The translations under genes were made by a program, and so were the position numbers. Of a stretch of 64,000 bases of DNA, positions 49,716 through 63,604 are shown piece after piece; positions within the stretch are counted from its first letter, which is position 1; each line of letters opens with the position of its first letter. Below the pieces are notes generated by a model, which worked only from the letters and a program-made list of their open reading frames with translations, searched no databases and was not told the origin of the DNA. Source of the stretch: Lytechinus pictus (lineage: Eukaryota); assembly GCF_037042905.1 (NCBI RefSeq), contig NC_087252.1, positions 16,804,001 through 16,868,000 of the forward strand, given 5' to 3'.

Positions 49716-50858
49716 AATAGTCATGAAGGGTCAATACAGAACATGATTCTTTTGCCTGTGTCAATAGAGATCAAAATCCATTCAAATGAAGCCCCTGCTT
49801 CATTTTTTAATGTTTTGTTGTGGTCATGTAGTGATGGTTCTGTGAGATAACATGGTTTGAGTCGTAGTTTGAAATACCCATGCATGTTTGTTTGTTTGTT
49901 TTGTGTTTGCTTGTGCAGAGGTGTGTTTGATTCCATGTTAATGTTGATGTTAAGGTGCATGAAAACAATAAAAAGAATCCGCTGAGAAACTCACTCAACA
50001 CCACGGAAAAAAGAACAGTGACTTTCAATATTGTGTCATTTTGCAACTTTTGAATTTTGACCTTGCCCAATATATTTCAAGGCACTGCACCTCCATGTGA
50101 AGCATAATCATATCATGTAGGGTATCATTTTAAAGAAAATTAAATTATTTTTTTTCGATATTAATTACACATGGATATTTACTAAAAACGAGGAAGGATT
50201 ATTGATCAAAGTAAGATTTCCAAACTTTTTGAGGAGTTTATATGTATATGTATGAACTAACAAGAAACACTTACCGGAATGGGCAAAGATGTGATGACGA
50301 GTAATCTGTTGATGAACTGTTTGAATAGTAGTCGGAGGTTGAACTGGTACAGGTATGGATTTGAAGCTTGTTATATATGACACAATTATGTCTCTTCTGT
50401 GAATATGCATGAAGAACTATAGGAAGTACGTGATTGGACAAATCTGTTTTGGGTGTTGGACCAGTAAAACTCTATCTATTTGACATGAAAGGGAATGGAA
50501 TGCACGTTTGCGTTGACACTTTATTCTACAGACTCTAGAAAAAAAAATCAATCATACTTGGGTGACTTCGGCTTTCGTTCACGTAGATTGTTAGAATCGC
50601 GATGATCTTCATTTTGTGTAGTTGCCAAAAAAGATATAGACCACTATGTCAAACAAGTTTGCATCCCATAGAGAGCTAAAGAGAGAGCGAGAGGGAGATA
50701 GGGAGGGGGTGGGGATAAGCATTGCCCTTTTATGGAATACAAACCAAAAAACAAGGTTTGAAGATTGGGGTTTTGTCACCAATGAGATCTGAATTCGGTA
50801 CGTCTCGCTCAAACTTTATTTGAAAACAGTAAGGAAAAGTACTTAATTCAATTTTTAA

Positions 50859-51385
50859 AGGACAAGTTCACCCCCATAAATGATGAAATTTAATTAAAAT
50901 CAGTTGTAAAATAAGAAATTTATGACATTTTTAAACTTCGCCTTTTTTTTCTGAAAACAGTATTATGCACATTCTAGTCGGTATGCAAATGAAAGGACTG
51001 ATAACATCATCCACTCACCGTTTGTTTTGTATTTTATTATACGAGATAATTTTCTCCCCATTGACCTGTAAAAACAAAGTTTTATTTCTCCCTGAGGCCT
51101 GAACATGTGGAACTATTGTTTTAAAATTGTGTGGTTCAGTCAAGTTGGTCCTCACTGTCTTATCTGTAAAAACTGAAATATTGTATAATCCAAACAATAA
51201 GGAAAAAGCAAAAGTGAGTGAAAGACAAAATCGACTGTCTCACTTGCATGTCCGTCAATTGTGAATATAACTGTTTTTTGAAAAATAAGCGAAAATTTCC
51301 GATTTTTATAAAATTTTCAATGTTATGCTTGTTAGATTTTTCTCTGTTGATTCAAATCAACATATTTCTTGGGTGGACTTGACCT
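50859..51385. mobile_element. Kolobok-like MITE, near complete
   Basis: TTAA|AGGACAAGTTCACCC...GGGTGGACTTGACCT. Confidence 0.7.
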
Positions 51386-51639
51386 ATCAATAAGTTTTGA
51401 ATTTTTGGGAGTATATGGACATGATAAAACATTGGTCAGATAATATTTGCTATTTCTTACTTTTTGAAGACTTCTGGGGCTATTTCCAGAAAACATTTCC
51501 TGACAGATTATTAGCTGTGGGTGACGTGACACACATGTCAAAAAATTCAACAACTCAATTCCGTTTTATGCAGCCCTTAATATCTGAGAACGACATTCCC
51601 AAGGCTTTAAAGATACATTTCATTACATTGAAATAAACA

Positions 51640-52850
51640 AGTGATCTGTATATGGGATCTCTATTATAGGATAAAATAACACGCAATGCATTCTTTCTAG
51701 CTAGGTAAGATGAGTGAATACTTCCCCAGACAATTTGTCACGTAATTTAGATAGGATTACATCAATGTTGAGTTAGGCATTTTTAGGGAGGAATTTGGAA
51801 GGAAAAAAGTAACTTAATTTGAATGATAATACTAACATTGCGTGATATTGTACGACATATGAATCAATACGTGCTTTCCAGGATTATTTGCTGTCTATTA
51901 CCTATATATTTTGTTGTAGCAACAACGTCAATGTCTTTATTTTGACATTTATTGTTACAAAACATGCACTTCATTTTGTATATTAATGGCAATTTGTTGG
52001 CCCAACTGGCAATTCAGTGTTTAATACATTAATCAAAATAGCGGGACTAGGATGAGAATAGAGTACATTTTAATTCGTCTAAAAAAAGGATAGAAGAAAA
52101 TATTTAGAGGAGTTATGGATGTCATTTATATGGATTATGAATAAAAGTGGACCCAGTAGGCTACCTTGGGGAAAACTCTAATTAACATTTTGTAGAGAAA
52201 CATTTTGTTCATTTATGCTTACTTATTTTTGACGATTTTCGAGGTAGTTTTTAAAACACACCAAGGCCACCCACGAACTCTGTAATTTTCAAGATCATAT
52301 ACGGTAGAAGTATCTCATGGTTTGTAGTGTCAAATGCCTTGGAGAGGAGAGAAAAACACATATTGTATGTTCAAAGTTATCAATAGCTTTTGTTATTTCC
52401 CCATAGATAAGAGAGTAGTATGCGATGTACTATAGTTTTGGCGAAATCCAAATTGAAAGTTTTAAATTATACTTTATTTATTCCGAAAATATAATACTAT
52501 TGTATAGATCACCCTGTTTTAGATAAAGTATGCATTAAAGATATTGGTCTACAGTTACATACATTAATCATTTGGCTTTTTTGTGCACTGGTATTAGCTT
52601 AGATATTTTCATATTGTCAGACACGACGCAATTACTTAAAGAAAGGTGAAATTTGTATACTAATGGGTCATCAATGTGTATATCATTCTTTATTAAAATA
52701 TCCTCAGTACCATCGTGATCACAGCTCTTTTTTGTTTTTAAGTTGTTCACTATAATTATGTAATATTTTGTTCTTGTGAACTGGTACTACAAATATAAAA
52801 TTTGGGTTTGGTTATGAATGAAACCAGTATCTTTTTTACCCAATTAAACT
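51640..52850 (-). mobile_element. Highly decayed CR1/L2-group LINE RT relic
   Basis: ORF 52568-52750 (NLKTKKSCDHDG..MKISKLIPVHKK); PQGSLLGP on the minus strand at about 52150-52175; boundaries approximate. Confidence 0.65.
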
Positions 52851-53391
52851 AGTGCCACACATATGGCACGCCAGAAGGGAATCAAATATTTATATTCGAC
52901 ACCAACTAAAAAACTATTTGACGCGGCGAAATTCTATTTGACACAAAATGTATTTGACAGAAAATATATTTGACAAAAAATATATTCGGCAAAACATATA
53001 TTCGACATAACATATATTTGACAAAAATATATTTGACACAAAATATATTTGACAAAAAATATATTCGACAAAAAATATATTTGACAAAAATATATTCAAC
53101 AAAACATATATTCGACAAAACATATATTTGATATTCGACAAAACATATATTTGACAAAAATATATTGGATAAAAAATATATTTGACGAAAATATATTTGA
53201 CACAAAACATATATTCGACAAAAATATATTCAACAAAACATATATTCGACAAAACATATATTTGACAAAATTATATTAGATATTCGACAAAACATATATT
53301 TGACAAAAATATATTCGATAAAAAATAAATTTGACAAAAAATATATTCGACAAAAAAATATTTGACAAAAATATATTTGACACAAAATATA

Positions 53392-54429
53392 CAGCGCGTC
53401 CCAAAAAAAATGTCCCCCTGACATAGGACTGAATTAATTCTAAAATGTGGTAGTATTCTCAGATAAATGTTTATGAGTAGAAAGCTGATTTCATGATCTA
53501 ACTTCTATGAAAATTTCATTGGCCTCGCTTCAGCGGTTTTGAATACACACTCTGTTACGTAACAGTGGTGCATTTTAGCCCATTCCAAGTTTGCAGCATT
53601 GATGCATATCTGCATGTCTATGGCATGTTAACCCCCATTTTTACATCCAGGATCTGAGCAGGGACATTTCCCTAATCATATCCAGGCTCATCAAATTATA
53701 AACTTGGGCATGTTCAGAAGGGCAAGAAATATACAAAAATCAAGTTTTTTGTGATTGATAAGGGGAATCAGTGCACCAACTTGAAAGAAAATGTGAAGGA
53801 TGGATGAGTAAAATAAGCTCAAAAATAAAGGGGAATCCGCAAGTTAAACACCTTTTGCGAAAAAGGAACTTTACCAGAGAAATTTTTTTTTTTTTTCTTT
53901 TAAAAAGTTACATTGAATTAACTTGACCACAGTAGCTTATTAACTAAAAAAACATTAATAAAAACAAAAATAAAGTATTAGGCATGAATTAGGCATGAAA
54001 CAGACATGACCGGTTGTCTTAATCATTGTGCATCTCCCATTTTCAAACATGAAATGAGCTGTCAAATATTCTTTTTGCCCTTCTAAACATGCTCAATGTT
54101 GTGATTTGATGAGCCTGGTTAGATCATGGAGATTTCCCTGGTCAGATCAGGGAATTCCTTGGTCAGAATGGTCAAAGGAGGTTGATATGCTAGAAAGAGC
54201 AGAACACACAGTAGTGCTGCATGAATGCAAACTTGGAATGGGCTGAAAAGCACCACTTTTACATAATAGACTGTGTATTCAAAACCACTGAAGCGAGACC
54301 AATGACATTTTTATAGAAGTTAGAACATGAGATGAGCTTCCTAGTTGAATACATTTCATTGAGAATAATGTTTATTTTTTGAAGTAATTTAGCCCCATAT
54401 AAGAGGGACATTTTATTTGGGACGCGCTG
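53392..54429. mobile_element. Tc1/mariner-like MITE
   Basis: TA|CAGCGCGTCCCAAA...TTTGGGACGCGCTG|TA; another right end of this family at about 48033. Confidence 0.9.
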
Positions 54430-55038
54430 TATTCAACAAAACATATATTTGACAAAACATATATTTGACCAGATTACATTTGATATTCGACAAAACATTT
54501 ATTTGACAAAAATATATTCGATGAAAAATATATTTGACAAAATATATTTGACACAAAATATATTTGACAAAAATATATTCAACAAAACACATATTCGACA
54601 AAACATATATTTGACAAAATTATATTTGATATTCGACAAAACATATATTTGAAAAAAAATATATTCGACAAAAAAATATTTGACAAAAATATATTCAACA
54701 AAACATATATTCGACAAAACATATATATGACAAAATTTGATTTGATCAAAAACAGATTTGACAAAAAAATATTTGACAAAATTATATTCGACAAAATTTC
54801 ATTTGACATAAGTGTCTACTCATTTGACACAATTTCATTCGACACAATTTAATTTGACCTAAACATTTGGCGTACCGTACATGCGATGCCAAAAATATTT
54901 TCGACAAAATTTCATTCCAAAAAATAATAATAATTCGTCCAAAATTCATTCGATATGACACGCCTGTACGTACGTACGGGTACGACTACATCGTGTGCAT
55001 GCGATATATGCACGCGCAGTCTGCACATGGCCATCAGA

Positions 55039-55542
55039 ATGGCGCATCCCCATCCGAATAGTGATCTCCTTGAGGAAATACACCAAAGTGTCAGAACTCT
55101 TATGGAAGCTCTATCCTGTTGGCAGAGACAACCGTCAACTTCAAGATCAACACCAAGGTCCACGGCCGTGGCCTCTGCCTCTGCCAGCTCTGGGGCCGCG
55201 GAGTCAGGCACCAGGCCAGGGACTGCATCGGGGACTGCATCATCATTTGTGTCGTCAGGGTCAGCCCTCGATCTAGATCGTCCTGGTCTCGGGCTGCCGC
55301 CCCCGGGCCAACGCCAGCGTCAAGTCTGCGACCATGCCGGTGTTACCAGCAACACTAGCAGTCTCCGGGAGTTTCGCAAGTTATTTGGCCTATCTGGATC
55401 CGGATCTGGACGAAGTGCTAGTAGTGCAGTCAGTACTGGACCAGGACGAGGTCGAGTGAGGACGATCTGCAGCAGCAGTAGGCATAGGCCTAGATCTAGT
55501 GCTTGTCCAGCTATTCTAGAAAATCTACTTTCTACTTTCTAG
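55039..55542 (+). pseudogene. Remnant 5' coding segment of a transposon-borne gene
   Basis: GC-rich ORF MAHPHPNSDLLEEIHQSVRTLMEALS...LREFRKLFG just inside the left arm of the IS3EU-like element. Confidence 0.45.
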
Positions 55543-55826
55543 ATCTAGATCTATCATCTAGATCTAGATCTACTTTCTTTTAAAGTTTTAGTTTTAGTTT
55601 TTTACTTTTTTAAAATATGGTTGTAACATTGTAGACATGATAGATCTATTATTTTATTAAAAAGTCTAGGCCTAGATCTACTTAACTTGGATGAAATTTT
55701 GACTAAGTCAGAGACGAGACCGACCGAGACCACTTTATTTTACGGTAGAGATCTACATTGTGTTGATATTGTATTGGTTATTGCCTTATTCAGTTATTGA
55801 CGTAGCCTACCTAACGTCAGTCCTTA

Positions 55827-55984
55827 TAGCCTCTTGTCGAGGCCCTGCCAACTGATCTATACTCTAACTCGCAAGTTAGGGTATAGATCAGTTGCCAGGC
55901 CTACTCGCTTCGCGAGCAGGGTTCCTCGCTTCGCTCGGGATGTAAAAGAGCAGCCGCCAGGCCCAGGGCCTCGACAAGAGGCTA
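55827..55984. mobile_element. 158-bp TAG-ended mini-MITE
   Basis: Perfect 21-bp TIR TAGCCTCTTGTCGAGGCCCTG; TSD not resolved. Confidence 0.7.
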
Positions 55985-57088
55985 ACCTAACCTAGGCTAG
56001 GTCACTTAGTCCAGGCAGTAGATCTCTAGGCCTACTGGCAGTAGATTCTAGATCTAGTAGGGGCCTAGACTCTACTACTAGACCTATTAAAAGAAGTAGG
56101 TCTGGTAATATAACTTTAGATCTACTTTGAGTTTGACGTAAATCTACATGTATGGGCGTAATCGTAATATAGTGTACTCACGCAGCGGCTCCAGCTCCCT
56201 ACTGGCCTGCTGCTAACTGCCTGACGCGTCCCGTCCGACGTCCCGGTCCCTACGGCGTACGCTAGCCCGGGCTGCACTAGTACTATCGGCCGGTATCGCG
56301 ATCGGTGGCCCAGCTGCATGAGGATTTGTCGAAAAAAAAATTTGTAGTAAAATGAAATTTTTCCGAATGAATTTATATTTCATCGAATTAATTTTAGTCG
56401 AATAAAATGTTTTTCGCTTTGAATACTATTTTTTCGAATTAAATTTTGTCAAATATAAAATGATCACATGAAACATTGTCGAATTTTTTTTCGTCGAATG
56501 TGTCGAATGAAATTTTGTTTTGTGGAATGAAATGTTGACGAATATATTTTTGACATCACACGTGTGGTACGCCAAATATGTAGGTCAAATGAGATTGTGT
56601 CGAATGAATTTTTGTCAAATGAAATTGTGTCGAATGAAATTGTGTCAAATAAAATTGTGTCAAATAAAATTTTGCCGAATATAATTTTTTGAAATATTTT
56701 TTTGTCAAATCTATTTTTTATGAAATATAATTTTGTCAAATATATGTTTTCTCGAATATACGTTTTGTTGAATATATTTTCGTCAAATATCTTTTTGTCG
56801 AATATCTTTTTGTCGAATATCTTTTTGTCGAATATAATTTGTGTCAAATATAATTTTGTCAAACTTTATTTTTTGTCAAATATATTTTTGTCAAATATAT
56901 TTTTGTCAAATACATGTTTTGTCGAATATATTTTTGTGAAATATATTTTTTTTCGAAAATATATTTTTAGTCGAATATATTTTCTGTCAAATATATTTTG
57001 TGTCAAATAGAATTTTGCCGCGTCAAATAGTTTTTTAGTTGGTGTCGAGTATAAATATTTGATTCCCTTATGGCGTGCCATACACACA

Positions 57089-59215
57089 AGCCCTGCGTAA
57101 TATTGAGAGATGCATAATGGACATTGACACTTGGTTGAATTCAAACTTGTTACTTTTGAAGCATAGTAAATGTGAGTTTATATTTTTTGGCTCAAAATTT
57201 TAACGAAATCAACACTGATTCCATTCCTATCTAAGGCAAGGACATTCCCTTGTCAAAATCATGGAGAGCTATTTTTGATTCTCACTTGTCCATGTCCAAC
57301 CAGATTACAAGCATTTGCAGATCAGTTCGTTATCAATTGCGCAGTATTGGCTTCATAAGAAATACCTCACTTGCTCAACACCAGAGAAACTGGTATATTC
57401 ACTAATTTTTCCACGATTCGAGTTCGGTAATAGTCTCCTTACAACTTGCCAGATTCTTAACTTAAAGAAGTTGACGAGGTTGCAAAATACAGCTGCGCGT
57501 ATTTTAGCTCTATCTAGCAAGCCCAGCCATATCACCCCTCAGTGGCGTACCGTGGGTCACGGCATGGGGGGGGGGGCACCAGCAAACATTTGGAGTCACT
57601 TTGAGCGCGCTTCGCGTGCTCAGTTGCCAAGTATACTGACCTAATAGAGACATTTTAAGGACAGTGCCATTAAACGGATATGTATCTCACTGATCAAATA
57701 ATGCGAGCACGAAGCGCGAGCTGAAACTTTTCTTTTATATTCATAGCCAAAAAGAGACATTAAAATCAAATTTTTGAAATCATAATAAGTACCTGTCTCG
57801 CTAAACAATGCGAGCGCGAAGCGCGAGCTGAAAACTTTGTATACATTGATTCCAAACAGTGACATATAAGGACTATAAGGAATCCATTATGAGTAAACAT
57901 ATCTCACCATAGTCATCTAATGCCATCTAATGCCAAGCGCTTGCTGATTTTGTTAGAATTACATCTAAACACATGAATCACTTGTAGTCATTGTTATCAT
58001 GATTAACATACGCATATCACTAATCAAATATTGCATATTGCAAAGAGTGCGAATCAAGCGCGAGCTGAAAAATTTGGAAATTCAGACTTGAAGAGGGGCA
58101 TTCTAAGGCTTGTTTGTAAGAATTCACTAAGACCATACGTATTCCACTAATCTAATGATGCGAGCGCGAAGCGCGAGCTGAAATTTCTTATATTCAGATC
58201 AGAAAAATTGACATTTAAGGACTGATTTTAGGAATTCATGGCGAGCAGACATATCTCACCAATCCACTAATGCGGACATAAGCACGGACAGGAAATGTTT
58301 TATATTAAGACCTTAAAATGGAGCAATCACTTTAAGCAGCAATGGAAAAAAGACATATTTCACTACATAAAACAATAATAACTCGAAGTGAGAGGAAATA
58401 TATTTGATGTATATTGACTTGAAAACGGGAGGTTTTAGTCCAACAGGATTATATATCTCGTTAAACAGACAATGTGAGCACGAAGAAAATGAAGACATAG
58501 GCCCTAAGCAAATTTCCTTTTTATAGAGTTATGAAAAAATGGTTCTTAATTAATATAACATAACATAATTATGATATGATATAACAATATAATGAACAAT
58601 AAAATTTCTCTTTCCCACTATATTTCTCTTCCTTTCTCCCTCTTTTTCTCTTTTTCCCTTTTTTTGTTTGTTTTTTGGGTCAGCTGATGGGGGGGGGGGG
58701 GGCAAGTGCCAACCCCCACCATGCCCCCCGTAGTAACACCACTGTCACCCCTATATTGAAGACTCTTCACTGGCTGCACCTGAAGGAACGCATAGTCTTT
58801 AAAATCCTTCTCATGATTTGTCATACAGTCTAATGGAAATTCCTCCAGTTTCAATAAGTCTTTGATGCATAATTACCAACCCTCAAGAACCTTACGATCC
58901 TCATCATTATGATCTCTTACAAATTCCAGTTGCTAAGAAATCATGCGGGGAATGGGCCTTTGCTCATGCAGGGCCTAACCTGTGGAATTCTCTTCCACAG
59001 AGTTTGAAAACCCAGACTTCAGTGACTACCTTCAGTGGCAACCTGAAAACATACCTGTATAAGAGTGCTTTTTGATAGACATTGACTTATTGTTCAGACA
59101 TATATTATATGTAAATATATTTTGTTATTCTGCTCTGAAGCACCTTAAGCATCTAATCAAGATGGAAAGTGCGCTATACAAATCTCATGTATTATTATTA
59201 TTATTATTATTAAAG
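57089..59215 (+). mobile_element. L2-clade LINE 3' fragment
   Basis: LQNTAARIL...HITP|ILKTLHWL..KERIVFKILL, GPNLWNSLP; (ATT)n tail; split by a hAT-like element. Confidence 0.85.
57540..58744. mobile_element. hAT-like element, inverted homolog of 10438-13418
   Basis: TIR CAGTGGCGTA / TAACACCACTG; perfect 8-bp TSD TCACCCCT. Confidence 0.9.
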
Positions 59216-59216
59216 T

Positions 59217-60380
59217 TAAAGATGGCAGAGGCAAACCGGAAAGATAAATGGGGTGTTGGTTTGTTAAAAGTCAAGAAAAAAAATTTCACTCCAAAATAAA
59301 ATGGGGTTTGATCAGAAGGGGGGAAAAGATTACAACAAAAAATAGCACCAATTAGATAATAAACAAAGTTTTCTCTTCTGTCCAAAATAACAGAGATTTG
59401 TGTCAAATCTCCACATTTTAGCATACCAACCCAATTTCCAGGTGGGTGTTGCTTATAGTGTATAAAATACCAACAGCATCTCCCGCTTCCAAGGGTTAAG
59501 ATCATCAAGGCATTTATATATTTAATATCATATTGGACGCAGTGGTAACGATCTAGGGTCTTCATTTATTTAAAGTTTCTGAACCAGACCCTCGATCGAT
59601 CCCAAACTGGTTTACCAGGCAAAACAAGATTATTATTGATTTTCATAAGTTACAAATTCAGCTTAGAACCTCGGAATGCGTGCTATATTGTTATTCAAAT
59701 ATTTAAAAAGATTAGTACAGACGCCATCCAAATAAGGACAAATTATCTAACCACAATCGTCCGTGACAATTTCAACGTTTAAGCTTCCCCCTCTATCTTC
59801 TCTATGTTTCCCCTTGCCCCCAAACCCTCTCTGTCCTTCTACCTCTCTCATGTATACTCCTCTTTTTTTCGGTAAGCCTTGCAAAGCTTTAGATCAAAAT
59901 AACCAACCATACAAAATGAAATGTTATTAAAAGATGAATGAGAATAGTGCAGTTTCATTTTGCTTCTGATAAATTAAGTGAAGAAATTTCTGTCCTTTAT
60001 ATTCTTTATAAAAAAAAAGCCCTCAAGGTACATGTACACCTCCATCGAATTCGTAAATAGCATTGTTAGGCCGATAAAGACATGTTATGATGAAATGCCT
60101 TAACGTGACATGCACTTGTTTTCTAATCTATGTACATGCGGGAGCCTTTTGACAATTTATTGCATTGGGGTTTACGACTGGCAGTAATACCTCTATGTCT
60201 TTACTTCTGCCATTTTTACCTCTTCCATTAAAACCCCTGCCATTTCTACCTCTGCCATTATTCTCCCTGCCATGTTTACCTATGCCATTATCACCGCTTC
60301 CATTATTACCACTGCAACTTGTTTTACCTTTGCCATTATTATCGCTGCCATTAATACCACTGCCATCTTTACACCGAAGG
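59217..60380. mobile_element. Diverged, left-truncated copy of the 10825-12702 foldback element
   Basis: Collinear with about 11380-12700; degenerate 15-bp CTGCCATTTTTACC repeats ending TTTACACCGA. Confidence 0.8.
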
Positions 60381-60534
60381 TGCTGATAAATAAATGATTT
60401 CAGCAAATATTAATTGCCCACTTGACAGTCTAAAGGCTACGTTTTAAGCCTAGTTTTCAACAACGAACCTATGCCATGTATGACTGCATTATTGTAGTCG
60501 AGTCGGAAATGGGGGTTCCAGTGCACCATCATAA

Positions 60535-63500
60535 TAGTCAAGGATAGAAGAGGCATAACCTTGTTTTTTCATATATACAATATATTTTGATGGTTTCTTG
60601 TCTATTCGAGGGTGCTGATTACGAATCTAAATGATGCCACTTGTGTAACCTTGAGCATTTTCTGCAAATTGGCAAAATCCAATATGGCCGCCAAAATATG
60701 CATATTACCCATGAAAATCATAACATTGCCAGCAAATTGGCTATAAAATGTATTTATTTGTGTTGCAGGAGTGAAATACTCTCTGAAAAAAACATTTTTT
60801 GATAAAATATTTGTTTTCTTGATATTCGAAATGGCCGCCACAGACCTCTGTATACTCTATTATGTACAATATGAATAGGGAAAATTAATATTTCACAAAA
60901 TGATCGATAAACTGCAAGTAATTGTAATCTATGGACGAAGTATTGCACTGTTTGTCTGATTTTCCTTCCCCTCTTCTTTTGAGGCCTTTATCAATTTCAA
61001 GCTCTAAGCTTAAGATACAGGTGTCCCACATTTCAAAATGCATTATGTTGATATATGTATATATAAAAAAAAAAATTCTGCTAATTCTGTTTAATAATAA
61101 AAAAAAAATATCAGGTATAAATGTATTTTAATTGGTTTGTATATATGCATATGTTATTAATTATATCATTTGCTTATTATGTTATGCTAAGAAAAAAATG
61201 TTTACACTTGTATATGCTTTTGTTATTGGAATGTGGAAATAAATAAATCAAATCAAATCAAGTAATATACGATAATCATCAATGCTAACATGATATATCC
61301 TTTATTATGTCATGTATGGGAAAATTGTTGTATCTAATATTCAAAATAGCTGCCACTGGCCCAAATAGTATATTTTTCTATGGCAAAGGGGTCAACAAAA
61401 ATGCATATTATTAAGAGAAACGAGTGGAATATTGACTAAAAACACAATTGCTAACGCTGTATATTATTTAATATGCAATGTATGTGATAACTGCTGTATT
61501 TTGATATTCAAAATGGCCACCGAAGGCCCTAACAGTATTATGTACAATGAAAAAGAGGACCAACGAAATCACAAGAGTGAGCACTGAAATGCATTTATTT
61601 GTGATGAGTAAATGGGATACTGTCTAAAAAACACAATTTTTTAACGAAATATATCATTCAGGTTAAAAGTTTGTGTTTAATACTGTATTTTGACTTTCAA
61701 AATGGCCGCCATAGACATTGATTGTATTATGTACGATGCGAACTAGGAAATAAATTTTTACACGAGTGAGTACCATAAATGCACGTAATTGTGATTTATG
61801 AGTAAAATATTGTCTGAAAGCATAATTTCTAATAAGATATCAGTTCTTATGCCAGGTAGGTAATAAATACTGTATTTTGAAAGTCAAAATGGCCGCTACA
61901 GGCCCCAACAGTATCATGTACAATGTGAAAGGGGACAATTTATTTTAACAGATTTTGGCTTTGCTTGACTAAATGGTGTTGTATGAGGAAAATATTGTCC
62001 CGAAACATGATTACTAACGAAATATATCATATCATCTACAAATTTAGGTGATAAATTCTAAATGGCCGCCATATGCCGTTTTGTGAAATGTATCTGTCCT
62101 CATTCAAATTGTACAGTAATGGCCAATGGCGGCCATTTTCCATGTCAGAATGCAGCATATATCACCTTAAATGCACCAGATATGACATACCTCGTTAGGA
62201 ACCATGGTTTTAGACAATATTTCACTCTTACATCACAATTATATGCAATACTTAGAGTCAAGCAAAGCCAAATTCTGTCAAAATTTTATGTCCCAAATTA
62301 CAATGTACATAATACTTTTAGGACCTATGGCAGCCATTTTGAATGTCAAAGTACATCATTTATTACCTCCATTACCAATGTGTGATGTATTTACTTAGAA
62401 ATCATGTTTAAGACAATATTTTTACTCATGCATCACAGTTACTTGCATTTTATGATTTTCACTCTTGTAAAAAGTAGATTCCCTATACGCATGTAACATA
62501 ATTTAGTTAGGGCTTGTATCAGCTATTTTGAATATCAAAATACAGTATTTATCACTTACATGGCAGAAGAAATGCTTTCTTTCATAAAAATCATGTTTTC
62601 AAATAATGTTTTATCATACAACAGGACTTTATGGATTTCATAGTCAAGTAAATCCAAATTCTTACAAAATTACATGTCCCCATTTACATTGTAGATAATA
62701 CTGTTAGGGCCTACAGGGGCCATTTTGAATTTCACAATTATACAGCATTTATCTCATGCATGACAAAAGAAATGATATGTTTCGCTAGAATACATGTTTT
62801 CAGACATTATTTTACTCGGTGATCACAATTACATGCATTTCATAGTTCTTACTCTTGTGAAAATTAATTTCTCGTATCGCATTGTACATAATGTATAATG
62901 GGCTTATGGCGGCCATTTTTAATGTAAACATACAGCATCTATCACATAAATTGCATTTTTATTTCGTTAAAAATTATGCTTTTAGCCAGTATTCCACACG
63001 CTTATCTTAATACTGGTAATATGCATTTTTAGTACTCACTCTTGTGATTTTCTTGTGTCCCCATGAACATTGTACATAATATGGTCAGGGCATTGTGGTG
63101 GCTTTTTTAATATTAAAATGCTTTATTTATCACATACATGTTATAACAAATTATACATTTCGTTAGCAATCATGTTTTCGATCAATTATTTCACTAAAAA
63201 TCACAATTACTTGCATTTAGTGCTCACTTTTGTGAAATTATGTTTTCCCCGTTCATATTTTACATAATATCGAATACATTGGTCTATGGCGGCCATTTTG
63301 AATATCTAGAAAATAATTTTTTTGTCAAAAGTCGTTTTTTTCAGAGAGTATGTCACTCCTGCTACACAAATGCGTACATTTTATAACCAATGTGCTGGTA
63401 ATTTTATGATTTTCATGGGTAATTTGCATATTTTGGCGGCCATATTGGATTTTGCCAATTTGCGGAAAGTGCTCAAAGTTACACGAGTGGCATCATTCAG

Positions 63501-63604
63501 ATTCGTAATCACCACCCTCGAATTGACAAGAAACTATCAACAAATATTGTATATAATGAAAAAAAAAGGTTTGGTCAGTTTTCTATGGGGCCTATCCAGG
63601 ACTA
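60535..63604. mobile_element. Academ-like element, copy 2 (inverted relative to copy 1)
   Basis: TAA|TAGTCAAGGATAG...CTATCCAGGACTA|TAA; near full-length reverse complement of 32662-35730. Confidence 0.85.

Larger units (their letters stand above)
52862..57082. mobile_element. IS3EU-like internally deleted DNA transposon
   Basis: TATGGCACGCCA...TGGCGTGCCATA termini; 6-bp TSD CACACA; long arms of about 15-bp AAAATATATTTGACA repeats. Confidence 0.85.

Noticed and set aside
32662..63604. Single 31-kb composite transposon
   Set aside because: The outer flanks (ATA vs TAA) differ while each copy has its own matching TSD.
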